Positions 42,137 to 55,000 of a stretch of 64,000 nucleotides of DNA are shown here, piece by piece; the first letter of the stretch is position 1; every line of letters starts with the position of its first letter. Source of the stretch: the human T2T-CHM13v2.0 reference genome, Homo sapiens; the NCBI RefSeq assembly GCF_009914755.1, contig NC_060942.1; one strand, given 5' to 3'. Made by a program: the position numbers and the translations under genes. The notes beneath the pieces were generated by a model. The model was not told the DNA's origin. It saw only the letters and a list, made by a program, of their open reading frames with translations, and did no database searches.

Positions 42137-43148
42137 TTAAGCTTTATGAATAAATAAGAAACAATATATTTCCTTATAAATCTGAAGAATTTTTAAAATT
42201 CATTCTTGATTCTCCTTGCAAAGCTACTAAGCAAATTCTGCTCAGCCTTCTGCCTTTCCTGACTGTCTTGTTGGCCCTTCCCACTTTAAGGATGCCTGTT
42301 TAAGTAGCCACCTGCTAATTAGGAATCTTCCCTTGTTCTTTCTCAGGAGGCTTAGACACTGTCAGTTTCCTGAAGACAGAAAATAAGCCTGCATTATCCT
42401 AGTAGTGGATTCAAAACTAATTGTGTCCTGAGTCTTTCAATCATCAAGACATGGGAAACACTCAACAGATATGTACCATTAATTTAATAATGGACTTCAC
42501 ATTCACGATTAGTAACAAAGGACATTTTAGAATTCTTGTTATTTCCTTTAATTCTCCTACCGATCCCACATAATGTAGCAAGTACAAGAATCTGTTTAAC
42601 TTCACAGAAGCCGCTAATCTGCAAGAGCAGCTGCATTCTAAGACTCAGTAAGACTGTTTTATAAAATTGCGTAAGATTCAAGAATGCACGATCGCTGACA
42701 CCTAAAATGAAAAACATTATCTGTTTATGATTAGTTTAGTTTACCTAAACTTTTTTAGACTTCTTTGTTAGATCATATACGAGATAGAGGAACACTCGGT
42801 AAATATTTATAAATTGTTGGCTGTTAAACCAGCAAGGTGATACTTTTTTAGTGATACCTAACAAAATAACTGTTCCTAAAGCTGGTGCTAGAAATTTCTC
42901 GTACATACATTTCTTTGGCAACATCAATAATTTTGTATGTTATATGAGACCAGAATCCAGACCAAACTTTTTCACAATTGTATCACTGCCATCTACTCCA
43001 ATATAAGATATATGATTGTCAATTAATACAAATTAATTGTATTATTACATTAAAGAAAAAGCATCAATAATAAAAGAATGAAGGGAATTCTTTTTAAGAT
43101 TTCTCTGAGACCTCCCAAACATACACAACCACACCCGCATGCCCACGC

Positions 43149-43158
43149 AACACACACA

Positions 43159-43201
<43 letters not shown>

Positions 43202-43205
43202 ACAT
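43149..43205. repeat. (CA)n microsatellite, interrupted
   Basis: Seen directly. Confidence 0.95.
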
Positions 43206-44574
43206 GCACCCTGTGAAGAAGAATAAAATAAGTCCAGGAACATTGTTATTCCATTGTCTGTTTGGGACTTTTCTAGGAGATAAATATGTAATAGTGCCTA
43301 AGCTAATAAAATTCTTAGAAAAACAAGAAACATTGAGACATACAAAATGTTTGATAATTATGTTTTAGACATAAAGACCAAATGACTAGGGCAAATGTGG
43401 ATATGGTGGTTATTCCACTCTGGCCAGCTTATCTACCTTTACCGTGGTGAATGCATACATTAAAGACAGACTGTGATTACAAAAGCATGTTTTTGTATAT
43501 AATGAATATTTCCAGAGAATGAATGATCATATGCTTGATGTATAATGTCCTAGGGAAAAGTTTCATGATAAATAATTCATTCTTAATATAACAAATATAT
43601 CTTTATTTTATATATATGTGTGTGTGAAATGTGTGTGTGTGTATACACACCCACAAACACACACATACACATGAAATAAAGATTAATTTCAAGTGACTTA
43701 AAAGATAAGTAAACCAAGGAGACAGAATCTTGCCTTCAACCTGATTTCCCAGTCAGAAATGTGGATGGCATTGCTGGTCCTACACATCTGTCACTCTTCA
43801 CCACTACTCGGGCACTAAGCCTTAGAATTTTAACTACCAAAGTGTGTCACAAATCCGTCTTTGCCACTTTGTTTCAACTAATTCCATTCTTTTTCACCTT
43901 GACCTCCCTCCTAACTGGTTTGTTTTGCTCTTTTTAAATTGGCCCTTCACGTACCTGACATACTCTTTTATCTCAAATTTAATGTAGCCTATCCTACTTT
44001 CCTCTTTAAAAACAAAACAAATGGAAACAACCTTTCAGTGACAGCCTCACCAGTGGTGTAAATGCTAAGCTCACATGGACACACAGGCTGCAACCACTCA
44101 GCCTTCTCCCTTCCCACCATCTCTTGCACACTGGACCTGTGAGCGCTCCGGAACCACATGGTTTCCACAGGGCTCAGTATGTCCTGGCTCCATCATTGGC
44201 TTATGGTTCTATTTTCTTCTGTCACAAAAATAAATACACATATAAATAATGATTACTAAAAACGATGGCATAGTTTTCTATTCCTCCAACAGTCTTTCTC
44301 TTTTCCCTTCAAATAAGCTTCCTTAGAGCATAGACTCAACTGCTGTCTACCAAATCCTCATTATTTGCTTATTTGAAATAACTACTAAATAATTAAGTAT
44401 ACCTAAAATTATGCAGGAAAAAAATGTGTGCATCCATATATTCATCATCCGAAATAAATAGTCACAAAACAATAACCACAAAATATATACACAAGCATAT
44501 TGGTATAAAATATATATTAAACATATATTCATGTATACTATATCAATACCCATATGTATCTCTCTTACTTTATA

Positions 44575-45025
44575 CATATATAAATAAACAGATTTAATAT
44601 AAGAAATTGGCTCATGTAATTATAAATGTTGAGAAGCCCAAGATCTGTAGTCAACAAGCAGGCGGCATGAGAACAAAGGGTAGAGTTCAAGTTTGTGTCT
44701 GAAGGCCTGGGGCCCAGGAAAGTCAATGGGTTGGGCTCCAGTCGGAGTCTGAGTCTGAAGACAGAAGAAGACCAATGTTCTAGCTCAGAGATCGTCAGGC
44801 AAAGAGAAAACAATTCTCTAATTAGCCTTTTATTCCAGTCAGGCCTTCAAGGAATTAGATGAGGCCCACCCACACAGGGAGGGCAATTTGCTTTCCTCTG
44901 TCTACCAATTTAAATGTTAGTCTCACCCAGAAACCCCCTCCCAGACCTATCTAGAAATAATGTTTAACCAAATATCTAGGCATCTTATGGGCCAGTCAAG
45001 TTGACGCAGAAAATTAACCATTACA
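44575..45025 (-). mobile_element. MLT2B-like (ERVL) LTR
   Basis: AGAAATTGGCTCATG, GATGAGGCCCACCCACACAGGGAGGGCAAT, and end CAGTCAAGTTGACGCAGAAAATTAACCATTACA. Confidence 0.88.
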
Positions 45026-45114
45026 CAATGCATCTCGAAAAGCAGTGAAAAAAACAATAAAATGTCTTCACTAGGGTTGTGTAATACACTGGAATCAAGA
45101 TCAAAATTATAATA

Positions 45115-45143
45115 AAAGGTCAAATGTTGACCTTATATGACCC
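45115..45143. promoter_or_regulatory. Putative composite nuclear-receptor element (NBRE plus DR4)
   Basis: AAAGGTCA at 45115-45122. TGACCT-TATA-TGACCC at 45128-45143 reads GGGTCA-n4-AGGTCA on the minus strand. Motif match only; function unproven. Confidence 0.35.
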
Positions 45144-46720
45144 CCTCGTGGGCTCATAAGGTGACTAACACTTGTCACATGATAAATGACTGCATACCCA
45201 ATAAAATATCTTAAAGCAAGCAGATAGTGTATTTCTCACATAATTAATAAAAATCGAAGAGATAATTGCAGGAATTTTTATGACCTTAAAGAGTTATTTA
45301 TTTAGAACTTAAATTTTCGCAATGTCTAAGTACTGTGTAGTCATGGAACTGTATAAGTCATTATTTATTAAATATCACCTTGTTTGCTGTTTGGATAAGT
45401 GTCTAGAATTCCAAGGTGATTTATTAACATTCTTAGTTTAAAGGAAGAGAGCAATTTTAAGTGTATTCATTTCTGATTTTTGCAAAGTTGACGATAATAA
45501 TTTACTTAATAAGATTAATAGGTAATTGTTTAGACTTCCTCAATGATAATTGACTACTTCATTATTTTTCATGTTTATTATGTGCTTAGCTACAGTATTC
45601 ATTTTTAAAACTCAGATAATGCTGATAATGTTATGATTTATATGTTCAATATTAGAGGTAATTATATTTTTGATCTATTAATTTCTGAGAAAGTATATTA
45701 AAGAAGGTTTATGATAAGAGCAGATTTCTCAATTTTTATTTATAAATTTCTGTTTTTATATTCATTCACTAAATACTTAAGTGCCAGCTGTGAACCAGGC
45801 CCTCTTATAAACCCCAAGCTTTGTGAGTTAACACAACTTTATTTTAAATGTACATGCTAATGGAGAGTTTGGGCTATCAATTATATAATTTAGTTATAGA
45901 ATATATACTTTTAATATTGTAGTTGATGATAAAAGCCTTACAGATCTGATGTGATCTTACATTATTTTCCATTTATATAGTGTGTTGAATTTAGGTTCTC
46001 ATTGTAATATTTCCCATATTCTTTCCTTTTAGTTCATCACATTGTTTTTTTGCCACATATACCCAAATGTAGTGTGGTCTAGCCATTTTATTAAAATATT
46101 AAAATCTTCTGGCTATTTTTATTAGGTTTAGAATAAAATTTATAAACTCAAAATTTCTCTTTTCTTTTCTTCTAGTGCCTTAAATTACATTTGAAGACAC
46201 CTAATTCAAGTTTTTATGGGATTTATTTATTCTGGTTCAATATTAGCCATTGGTCTACTAAGTTAAATTCCTATTGTTATCAGAAAAAGCCATTTAAAAA
46301 CAAGAATCACAGGAAAGAACTTTCTTTACTTATGTTTCAAAGTGTTTTTCAAAGTACTTTATTCATTGAGAGTCATTTTTATATTCATATTACTAAAACA
46401 AAGTCATGAATATGACAGAGAACCATTGCATTTTAAATATGATTTCTGTTTTATCATTTTAATAAACATGTCTTCCTTATACACTTATAAAAGATCAATG
46501 GTGAGTTTCATCATGCGAATACTGCAGTCGGATACTTTCTTCTGAATCCTACTGAAGTGAAAGTTTATTGTAAATTTAAACCACATTTTTCTAAGTCTAT
46601 TGCTACTTAATTACAGATATTCAAGTGGAAGAACACATTAATGCACTTAAGTGGTCAGGAATTTATTTAGTGTGCTGAAGTGGCTCTGTTCTAAAAGAAT
46701 GGACTGAATGTTGGCTTAAG

Positions 46721-47082
46721 TGTCTTATTCTTCTCAGGCTGCTTCAACTCAATACCATAGACTGGGTGGCTTAAACAACAGACCCATATTTCTCATCATT
46801 TTGAAGCCTGGAAGTCCAATATCAGCTGCTAGAAAGGTGGTTTCCTGGTGACAGCACTACTTCTGCCTTGTATATGTCCTCAAATGACAGAGAAAGAGAT
46901 CAAGCTCTCTTGATGTATCTTCATATAAGGAAACTGATTTCATCATGGGGACTCCCACCTTCATGATCTCATCTAAACCTAATTATCTCCTGAAAGCCTC
47001 AATTCCAAATACTATATAACATTGGGGGTTAGGTCTTCGACACATAAATTTGTTTGGGGGTGGGGAGGAATTCAGCATAGCA
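46721..47082 (-). mobile_element. MLT1A-type MaLR solo LTR
   Basis: ATACCATAGACTGGGTGGCTTAAACAACAGA...CATTGGGGGTTAGG...CATAGCA, with near-TSD TTAAG/ATAAG. Confidence 0.88.
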
Positions 47083-47732
47083 ATAAGTAATGTAGTATTC
47101 CACACTACCTAATCTGACATCAAAGACTCTTTGGAGCATAGTAGAATGTGACTCTGAGCATTTCAACACTAAACAATATTTACCAATTATTTTTAAATAT
47201 GCCTGTCTGATCAAAAAGATAAAATATCAATCTAAAACTATGATTGCCTACATAATTTTATTTTAATATTTTTTATTTTAAAAAGAAAAGTTATTACTAC
47301 AATTAGTAATGCAGAAATATACTTTCATATTGTATGATATGCCCCCTGGATATGATCAAAAGGTGAATTTTAGTAGGGCTACATACACTTTATACCCACA
47401 TAATTGATTACAGGGCTTGTTGTTGGCGCCTTCTATTGTAGAAAAAAAACCTGACATTTGTTCTATTAGTAAATAAGTGACAGTCACAGCTTACTTCCTA
47501 TTATTGTAGCTTTAATGCTAACAATTTGATAAATGTCAGATAACACAAAATCTACAGAAGAGATAATCAAGAACATTTCAAGAGCAAAAGAGAATAAATG
47601 AGCTAAAGGATAAATAAAGCCAATAATGGCAAATTGCATGCAAATAATTTATTGTTCGTATTTAGTGTAAGGGCTTGTTTTTCTTAGGCCTTACAGGCAA
47701 AATTATAAAATAATATTTAGCTTTCTGAGATT

Positions 47733-47946
47733 CAGGGCAAACTTCATGATCGGACCACCTGGTCAGTTGCACAGCGTATGCCCTCTCAGAATAAGCCTGA
47801 GCAGCGTGCCATGCTCTGCTGTTGCCACTTTAAAATTCTCAATGATTGTATCTCTGAAGCCTGATGGGGCAGTGGTACATGTGAATGAGCAGAAGAGATA
47901 CAAGCAGTTTGTGTGTCTGCCATTCCTTGCTGCCGTGTTCTCTACA

Positions 47947-47989
<43 letters not shown>

Positions 47990-48642
47990 TTACACTTCCT
48001 CTCCTAAGTAAAACTAGCTCCAAATGCAACAAAAAAGGCCATGCCATTCTAAAATACAGGAATGACCAATGAGGCCTACTGTATCTTTTCTACTTGGGTT
48101 ACCTTCTTCCTGTATTAGCCAACCACTTACAATGAAAAGTATGAGATAGATGAAAAAGAAAGAAGAGAAATCCGTAGATTCATTTCCTCTAAGTTCCACC
48201 TTACTCATCAGTAAGCCAAAAGTAGAGAGTGTGCATAGAATGTGCATATATCAAAAACACTAAGTCAAATCAAATTACTTACGTTAGTTTTGTGCACTAT
48301 TTTTACTATTTGGCAAAAACAAAAATACATATGCAAGTAAAATCTACAAGTACAAAATGTACAGTGTTGATGAGGCTGCATTTGCAATTGAAACTGTTGT
48401 TCATTATAAAGATGAATGGTAAATTCATATTAATTATTTGAAATTTAACTTTTTTTCTTTACTGTGAATGGCATTAAGTACCACATATGTTATTTAAATG
48501 CCATGATAAATACAAAATTTCTAGAAAACAGAGCAAAAAATACCTTTTAGAATCTTTAAGGACCCTTTTTCATTGCTTTTTGAGCCCAGGTCCCCATGTT
48601 TTAATTTTGCACTGGGCTGAACAAATTATATAGTCAGCTTTG
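47733..48642 (+). mobile_element. MER45-family hAT-Tip100 element containing a (TG)n tract (47951-47988)
   Basis: Left end CAGGGCAAACTTCATG...ATGCTCTGCTGTTGCCACTTTAAAATTCT. Right end TTTTGCACTGGGCTGAACAAATTATATAGTCAGCTTTG. Confidence 0.7.
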
Positions 48643-49421
48643 CCTACACTGTAGTGTCTGTAGTCTCTCCTTGGGGAAAAATTTCAGATTATTTTAAGGA
48701 AAGGGAGAACTAACTCTAATTTCTGAGTTTATTAAAAATATGCAATATGGACCACAGCAGTAGAGAACATTGTCCTGAAGCTATAAACCAAGCAGGATAA
48801 CTGACTGCTATGTGTGTGTAGGGATTTTTGTTTGTTTGTTGTTTTTATTGAATGTATTTTACTAGCTGGATACTGAAAACTTGGCTTTGTCTGGAAAATC
48901 AAACACATAGTTTATTATATAAATCTAATTATGAGTTAAATTAATTTTTAAATTATGCTAAGAAAATATAATTTTGTAAAGTTTAATTCCAAGTAATAAA
49001 TTATGTCACAGTTAAATATTTCAAACAAATGACAAATTAGGCATGATTTTTGTCATTAGTATTATTTACAGATGAAATTATCCAAAATATCCAATTATCT
49101 CTTCTTTTAACACTTGAGGAATATAGGAATAATGAAGTTTAACATATTTAATTTAAAATTTTAGTATATTTATATATATGCATATATGATGCAATCATGT
49201 ATTATGATTGTATGAAAGTATTCATATATAAATATATTTATACAAGTATATACATATATACATACATGTATACATATAAATATCTATACTAAAATTTTAA
49301 ATTATAATTTAAGATTGAAATTTTAAAGAATTTTATGGTATTGTTGGAGTATACAATAAAATATCAATCTAATGATTTTTACCATGTATCTAATTATACA
49401 TTTTAACGATGAAATATACCT

Positions 49422-49572
49422 GGCCAGGCACAGTGGCTCACACCTGTTTTGCCAGTATTTTGGGAGGCCGAGGTGAGCAGATCACTTGAGCCCAGGAAAT
49501 TGAGACTAGCCTGGACAACATGGTGAAAATTCATTTCTACACTAAAAATAACAAAAATAATAAAAATTTTTA
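49422..49572 (+). mobile_element. Alu left monomer (FLAM/AluJ-like)
   Basis: GGCCAGGCACAGTGGCTCA...A-rich tail, with near-TSD AAATATACCT/AAATATATCT. Confidence 0.88.
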
Positions 49573-50469
49573 AAAATATATCTTTAGATGAAAGATACCA
49601 AAAAAATCACTTATATTAGTTTCATATTTTGGGCATAAATAAATTAGGGGACAGAATTGTTGAATGACTTAAGAATACAAAGTAGCTAGGAACTGAAGCT
49701 AGAAATAAATTATCAGTCCTGGAGACAGACATACTATTTTATTTTGTTCTCTCTAGGAAAGCTTTTGGAAAGAACTGAAATTCAATATGGATTTTGAGTG
49801 TCTCCACTTTTGCTGCCTTAAAGGTTATGAGATAAGATGCTGGCTACGAGTATGGATCAATAGAGCTTACAGCCCGGAGGACAGGAAATAAATAATGGGA
49901 AACAAGTGAACATTGACTTCTCTAAGAATGTATTTACTCATATTTTATGCATCTTCTGCTGTGCTTTCAAGGAGATGAACAAAAAGATAAAGACCAAGGA
50001 TGTTGATAAGTACATCAACTGGACAGTACTATGCTAACTGTGCTCTGAGAATATGATCTGAGAAGTGTCTAATTTTTAGACACAACATCCTCATTGAAGT
50101 GCCTCCTTCAATCAATGTCACAGCATGTAATGAGGGCTGTCAACAGCAAGCTTACCTGAAAAACCTACTTATAAAATCACAGGAAAGCAGTGCGTTGATA
50201 AAACTGGCTTTTCAAAACGATGAATTCTAGAGTAAAAAGAATGTTTGAATCTTGGTTTCTAGATGACTAAATATAACTGAGTTAATTGGAAATCTCTTTG
50301 AATTATTTTGCCTCATACCTGGGTACTCACAGAAGAAAATGGCTAGTGTACAAGTTAGTTAGTTATTAATCTCATAATATCTTAGATAGCAAACTATGTA
50401 AAAAAACTGTTCTGTATAGCTATATGTATAAAATATGAAAACATATAAATGTATATGTGAATAAAACTG

Positions 50470-51540
50470 TGATAGTTGATATGAGCAAAAGCTGTGGAGT
50501 GCTAGTCGGGACAAAACAGAGGAATACAACTGGTTTACAAGTAGAAGGACGCTGCCTTGTGGAAGTTATATTTGATATCTAAAGAAGAATAGATGTTTTC
50601 TATGCAAAGAGGGAGAACAGCTACAGATTCTTGGAGGCTTTGTGTGAGTTTTTATTTTTGCCCTGAGTAGAGGAAAGCCATTGAACAATTTAAAGAAAGA
50701 GAATGACATTATGATACTTGTACCCAGAAGGCTCCATTCTGGCTATTGCATGAAAAAAGAGATTTAAAAAAATGTAAAAAAAAAAAAATAGTAAAGAAGA
50801 TACAGTTCACTTGACTTTGGGGTGAAAGAAAAAATGAAATTAAGTGAAATGAAAGATGAAATTCTCCAGAGATACTGAGGAGGAAAATCAATTTGCTGAA
50901 GATGCATTTGATATTGGAAGGAATAAGAAGGTACATAAAGAATAAGTGCTAAATGTATGGCTTTCATACACCAATTCTGATTACATTCAGAACTGTGGAA
51001 CAATGGATAAAGAATAATTATGTAGAAACATCATGAGTCTAATATTTCACGTATGTGTAGGCTTGGAGATGCATTTAAAGTATGTAATTGGATGTGTTAA
51101 TTTGATATTCTGATATGTAAGGTTGGGGTTCAGTGACAAGGTTGATGCTGAAGATATAAATTTGGAATTCATTGACATACATACATAGTAACTAAAGCTG
51201 TGGATATGAGTATATTGTTTAGGGGAAATAAGGACATACATTTAAGACCAGGTCATGAGAAACTCCAATATTTAATGACTGCATGGAAAAAGATGAGGTA
51301 AACTTGCAAAAAGAAGAAAAACAAAAGAGTTGAATGAGCATGAAAGTATATTTAATTTAGCCATAATAATAGTTATTATTGCCACCACTATTACGAAAAT
51401 TATGTGTTTTATGTAGAAGACGGATAAATAAAGGGGCAGAAACACAGAGAGGGTCGTTTAAACAAGGGTCAAAAAAGAATATTTAAAAAACAGATGGCCA
51501 ATATTGTTGAATGCTAATATAAAGACAAGCAAAATGACAG
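50470..51540 (-). mobile_element. L2 relic
   Basis: GGAAAGCCATTGAACAATTTAAAG and GCTGAAGATATAAATTTGGAATTCATTGACATA are antisense L2-like. Confidence 0.65.
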
Positions 51541-52077
51541 ACACAATCTTGATATGTGAAAGGCCTCGAATACAAGCAGAGGCCACAGGCAATATGTATG
51601 AGCATTAAGAATTATAAAGCAAGCTAGTGAACTATTACCCAAAATATGTGCTATCTTTATAACCTGACAAATACACTTTTGAAATGAAGAAAATCACAAT
51701 TACCTCTAAAAGCATGCATTTGATATGACTGGAAGTTGGCAAAAGATCAAAAATGACTGAAATTAATAATGATTGAACATGTTGAAAATTCTGTTCATGT
51801 GCTGGCTTACATAAGTAAAAATTAGTCATATATTGTACATGAATTCTGTGTCTATGAAAAAATATTTTCTTGCTTTAATTTTAACAAAATCAATGAGTGT
51901 TGTCATAAAGGTTTTCACATAGTTCATAATCTGTTGAGAGTGATGCCGTATTAGATATTGAATTAGATATATTAGACATCAAGAAATAATGTTTCTTGAG
52001 TGATGAACAGTATCAGTTTTGCAGGTAATTTCAATTTTGGAGAAACATTTATTAAACACTAAAGGATTATCTATGAA

Positions 52078-55000
52078 TTTTTTTTTTCTTTTTTCTTTCA
52101 ATCTTTAATTTAGGTTTGGGGATATATGTGCAGATTTGTTACATGGGTAAATTACATATCACTGGGGTTTGGTGTGAAAATTATTATGTCATCTAGGCAG
52201 TGGACACAGTATCCAATAGGTAGTATTTCAAACCTCACCTCAGCCCTTAAGTGGGCCCTAGTGTCTATTCTCCTCTTTGTGTCCATGTATACTCAACGTG
52301 TAGCTCCCACATCTGAGTGAGTAAACGCGGTATTTGGTTTTCTGTTCCTGCATTAATTCACTTAGGATAGTAGTCTCCAGCTTCATCCATGTTGCTTCAA
52401 AGGATAGGATGTCATTCTTCTTCATAATTGTGTAGTATTCCATGGCGTATGTATATGTACCGTATTTTCTTTATCCATTCCTCCAATGAATGGCATCTAG
52501 GTTGATTCCATGTCTTTGCTATTGTGAATAACAGAGCAATGAACATGCAAGTGCCTGTGTCTCTTTGGTAAAATGATTTCTATTCTTTTTGGTATATGCC
52601 CAGTAATTGGATTGCTAGATAAACTGGTAATTCTAAGTTCTTTGAGAAATCTCCAAACTGCTTTCCACAGTGGCTGAACTAATTTCCATTCTCACCAGCC
52701 ATGTACAAGCATTCCCTTTTTTCCACAACCTCACCGACATCTGATATTTTCTGACGTTTTAAAAATAGACATTCTGACTGGTGTGGGATGGTATCTTATT
52801 GTGGTTTTGATTTGCATTTATCCAATGATTAGTGGTGTTGATCATTTTTTCATATGTTTAATGACCACATGTATGTCTTCTTTTGAAAAGTATCTCTTCA
52901 TGTCTTTGCCCATTTTTTGAATGGGGTTGTTTTATTTATTTATTTAATTTGCTTGTTGATTTGTTTAAGCCCCTTATAAATTCTGCATATTAGAACTTAG
53001 TTGGATGCAAAGTTTGCAAATTTTACTCCCATTCTACATGTCTTCTGTTTACTCTGTTGATAGTTCCTCTAGCTGTGCAGAAGTTCTTTAGTTTAATTAG
53101 GTCCCACTTGTCTATTTTTGGTTTTGTCGCAGTTGCTTTGGGAGTCTTTATCATAAAATCTTTGCCAAGGCCTATGTCCACAATAGTATGTACTAGGCTT
53201 TCTTGTAGAGATTTTATAGTTTTAGGTCTTAGATTTACGCCTTTATTCTATCTTGATTTGATTTCTGTGTATGGTGAAAGGAAGGAGTCTAGTTTCAATT
53301 TTCACTATACGGCTAGTCAGTTATCCCAGCACCATTTATTGAATAGAGAATCCGTTTCCACTTGCTTGTTATTGTCAACTTTGTAAAAGATCAGATGATT
53401 GTAGGTGTGTGGCTTTATTTCTGAATTCTCTGTTCCGTTCCTCTGGTCTTTGTGTCTGTTTTATACCAGTATCATGCTATTTTGGTTACTGTAGCCTTGT
53501 ATGGTTTGAAGTTTTATAGTGTGATGCCTCTGGCTTTGTGCTTTTTGTTTATGATTGCTTTGGGTATTCAGACCCTTTTTTGGTTTCATATAAATCTTAG
53601 AATATTTATTTCTAATTCTGTGAGAATGATGTTGGTAGTTTGATAGGAATAGCATTGAATTTGTAAATTGCTTTGGGTCGTATTAACATTTTAACAATAT
53701 TGATTCTTTCTATCCATGAACATTGAAATTTTTTCCATTTATTTTTATCATCTCTGGTTTATTTGAACATTGTTGTGTAATTCCCATTGTAGAGAACTTT
53801 CACCTCTCTACTTTGCTGTGTTCCTAGGTATTATCTTTTTCTTTTTTGTTGCTATTGTGAATGGAATTGAATTTTCGATTTGGGTCTCAGCTTGGATATT
53901 ATTGGTGTCTAAAAACACTACTGAATTTATTTATTTTGTATCTTGAAACTTTACTGAAGTTATCACTTCTGCATGACTTTCGGCGGAGATAATGAGGTTT
54001 TCCAGCTATAGAACCATATCATATCTGATGAGACATAGTTTGACTTTCTCTCTTCCTACTTGGATGCCTTTTATTTCTTTCTCTTGCCTGATCGCTCAGG
54101 CTAGGGATTCCAGTAATATGTTAATAGGAAGGGTAAGAATGGGCATCATTGTTTTATTCTGGGTCTCACAAGAGAAATGCTTCCAGCTTTTGCCCATTCA
54201 GTATGATGTTTGCTGTGGGTTTGTCAAATGTGTGTCTTATTATTTTGAGGAATATTCTTCTGATGCCTAGTTGAAGATTTGTAACCAAAAAGGATGTTTA
54301 ATTTTATTGAAAACTTTTCCCCATCAATTCAGATGATCATGTGGTTTTTGTTTTTAGTTCTGTTTATATAATGAATCACATTTTTTGATTTGTATATGTT
54401 GAACCAGCGTTGCATCCCAAGAATAAATCCTACTTCATAGTGGTGGATTTGCCTTTTGATGTGCTCCTGGATTTATTTTGCTGGCATTTTTTTTGAGGAT
54501 TTTTGTGTCTATATTCATTAGGGATATTGACTAGAAATTTTCTTTTTCCTTGTGTCTGCCAGGTTCTCATATCAGAATGATGCTGCCTGCATAGAATGAG
54601 TTAGAAAAGAGTCCCTCCTTCTCAACTTTATGGAATAATTGGTACCAGCTGTTATTTGTATGTCTGGTAGAATTAGGCTGTGAACTTTTCTGGCCCAGGG
54701 GTTTTTCTGGTTAGTGGGATTTCAATTACTGATTAAATTTTGGAAATAATTGTTTATCTGTTCTTGATTTCAACATCTTCCTGGTTTATTCTTAGGATGT
54801 TGTATGTTTCCAGAAATTTATCAATTTTTTCTAGGACTTATAGTTTGTATGCAGAGGTGTTCCTAATTGTCTCTGAGGGTTGTTTTGTATTTCTTTGGGA
54901 TCAGTGGTAATGTCCCCTTTGTCATTTCTGATAGTGTTTATTTGGATCTTCTCTCTTTCTATCTTTATTAATCTAGCTAATGGTCTGTCAATCTTATTTA

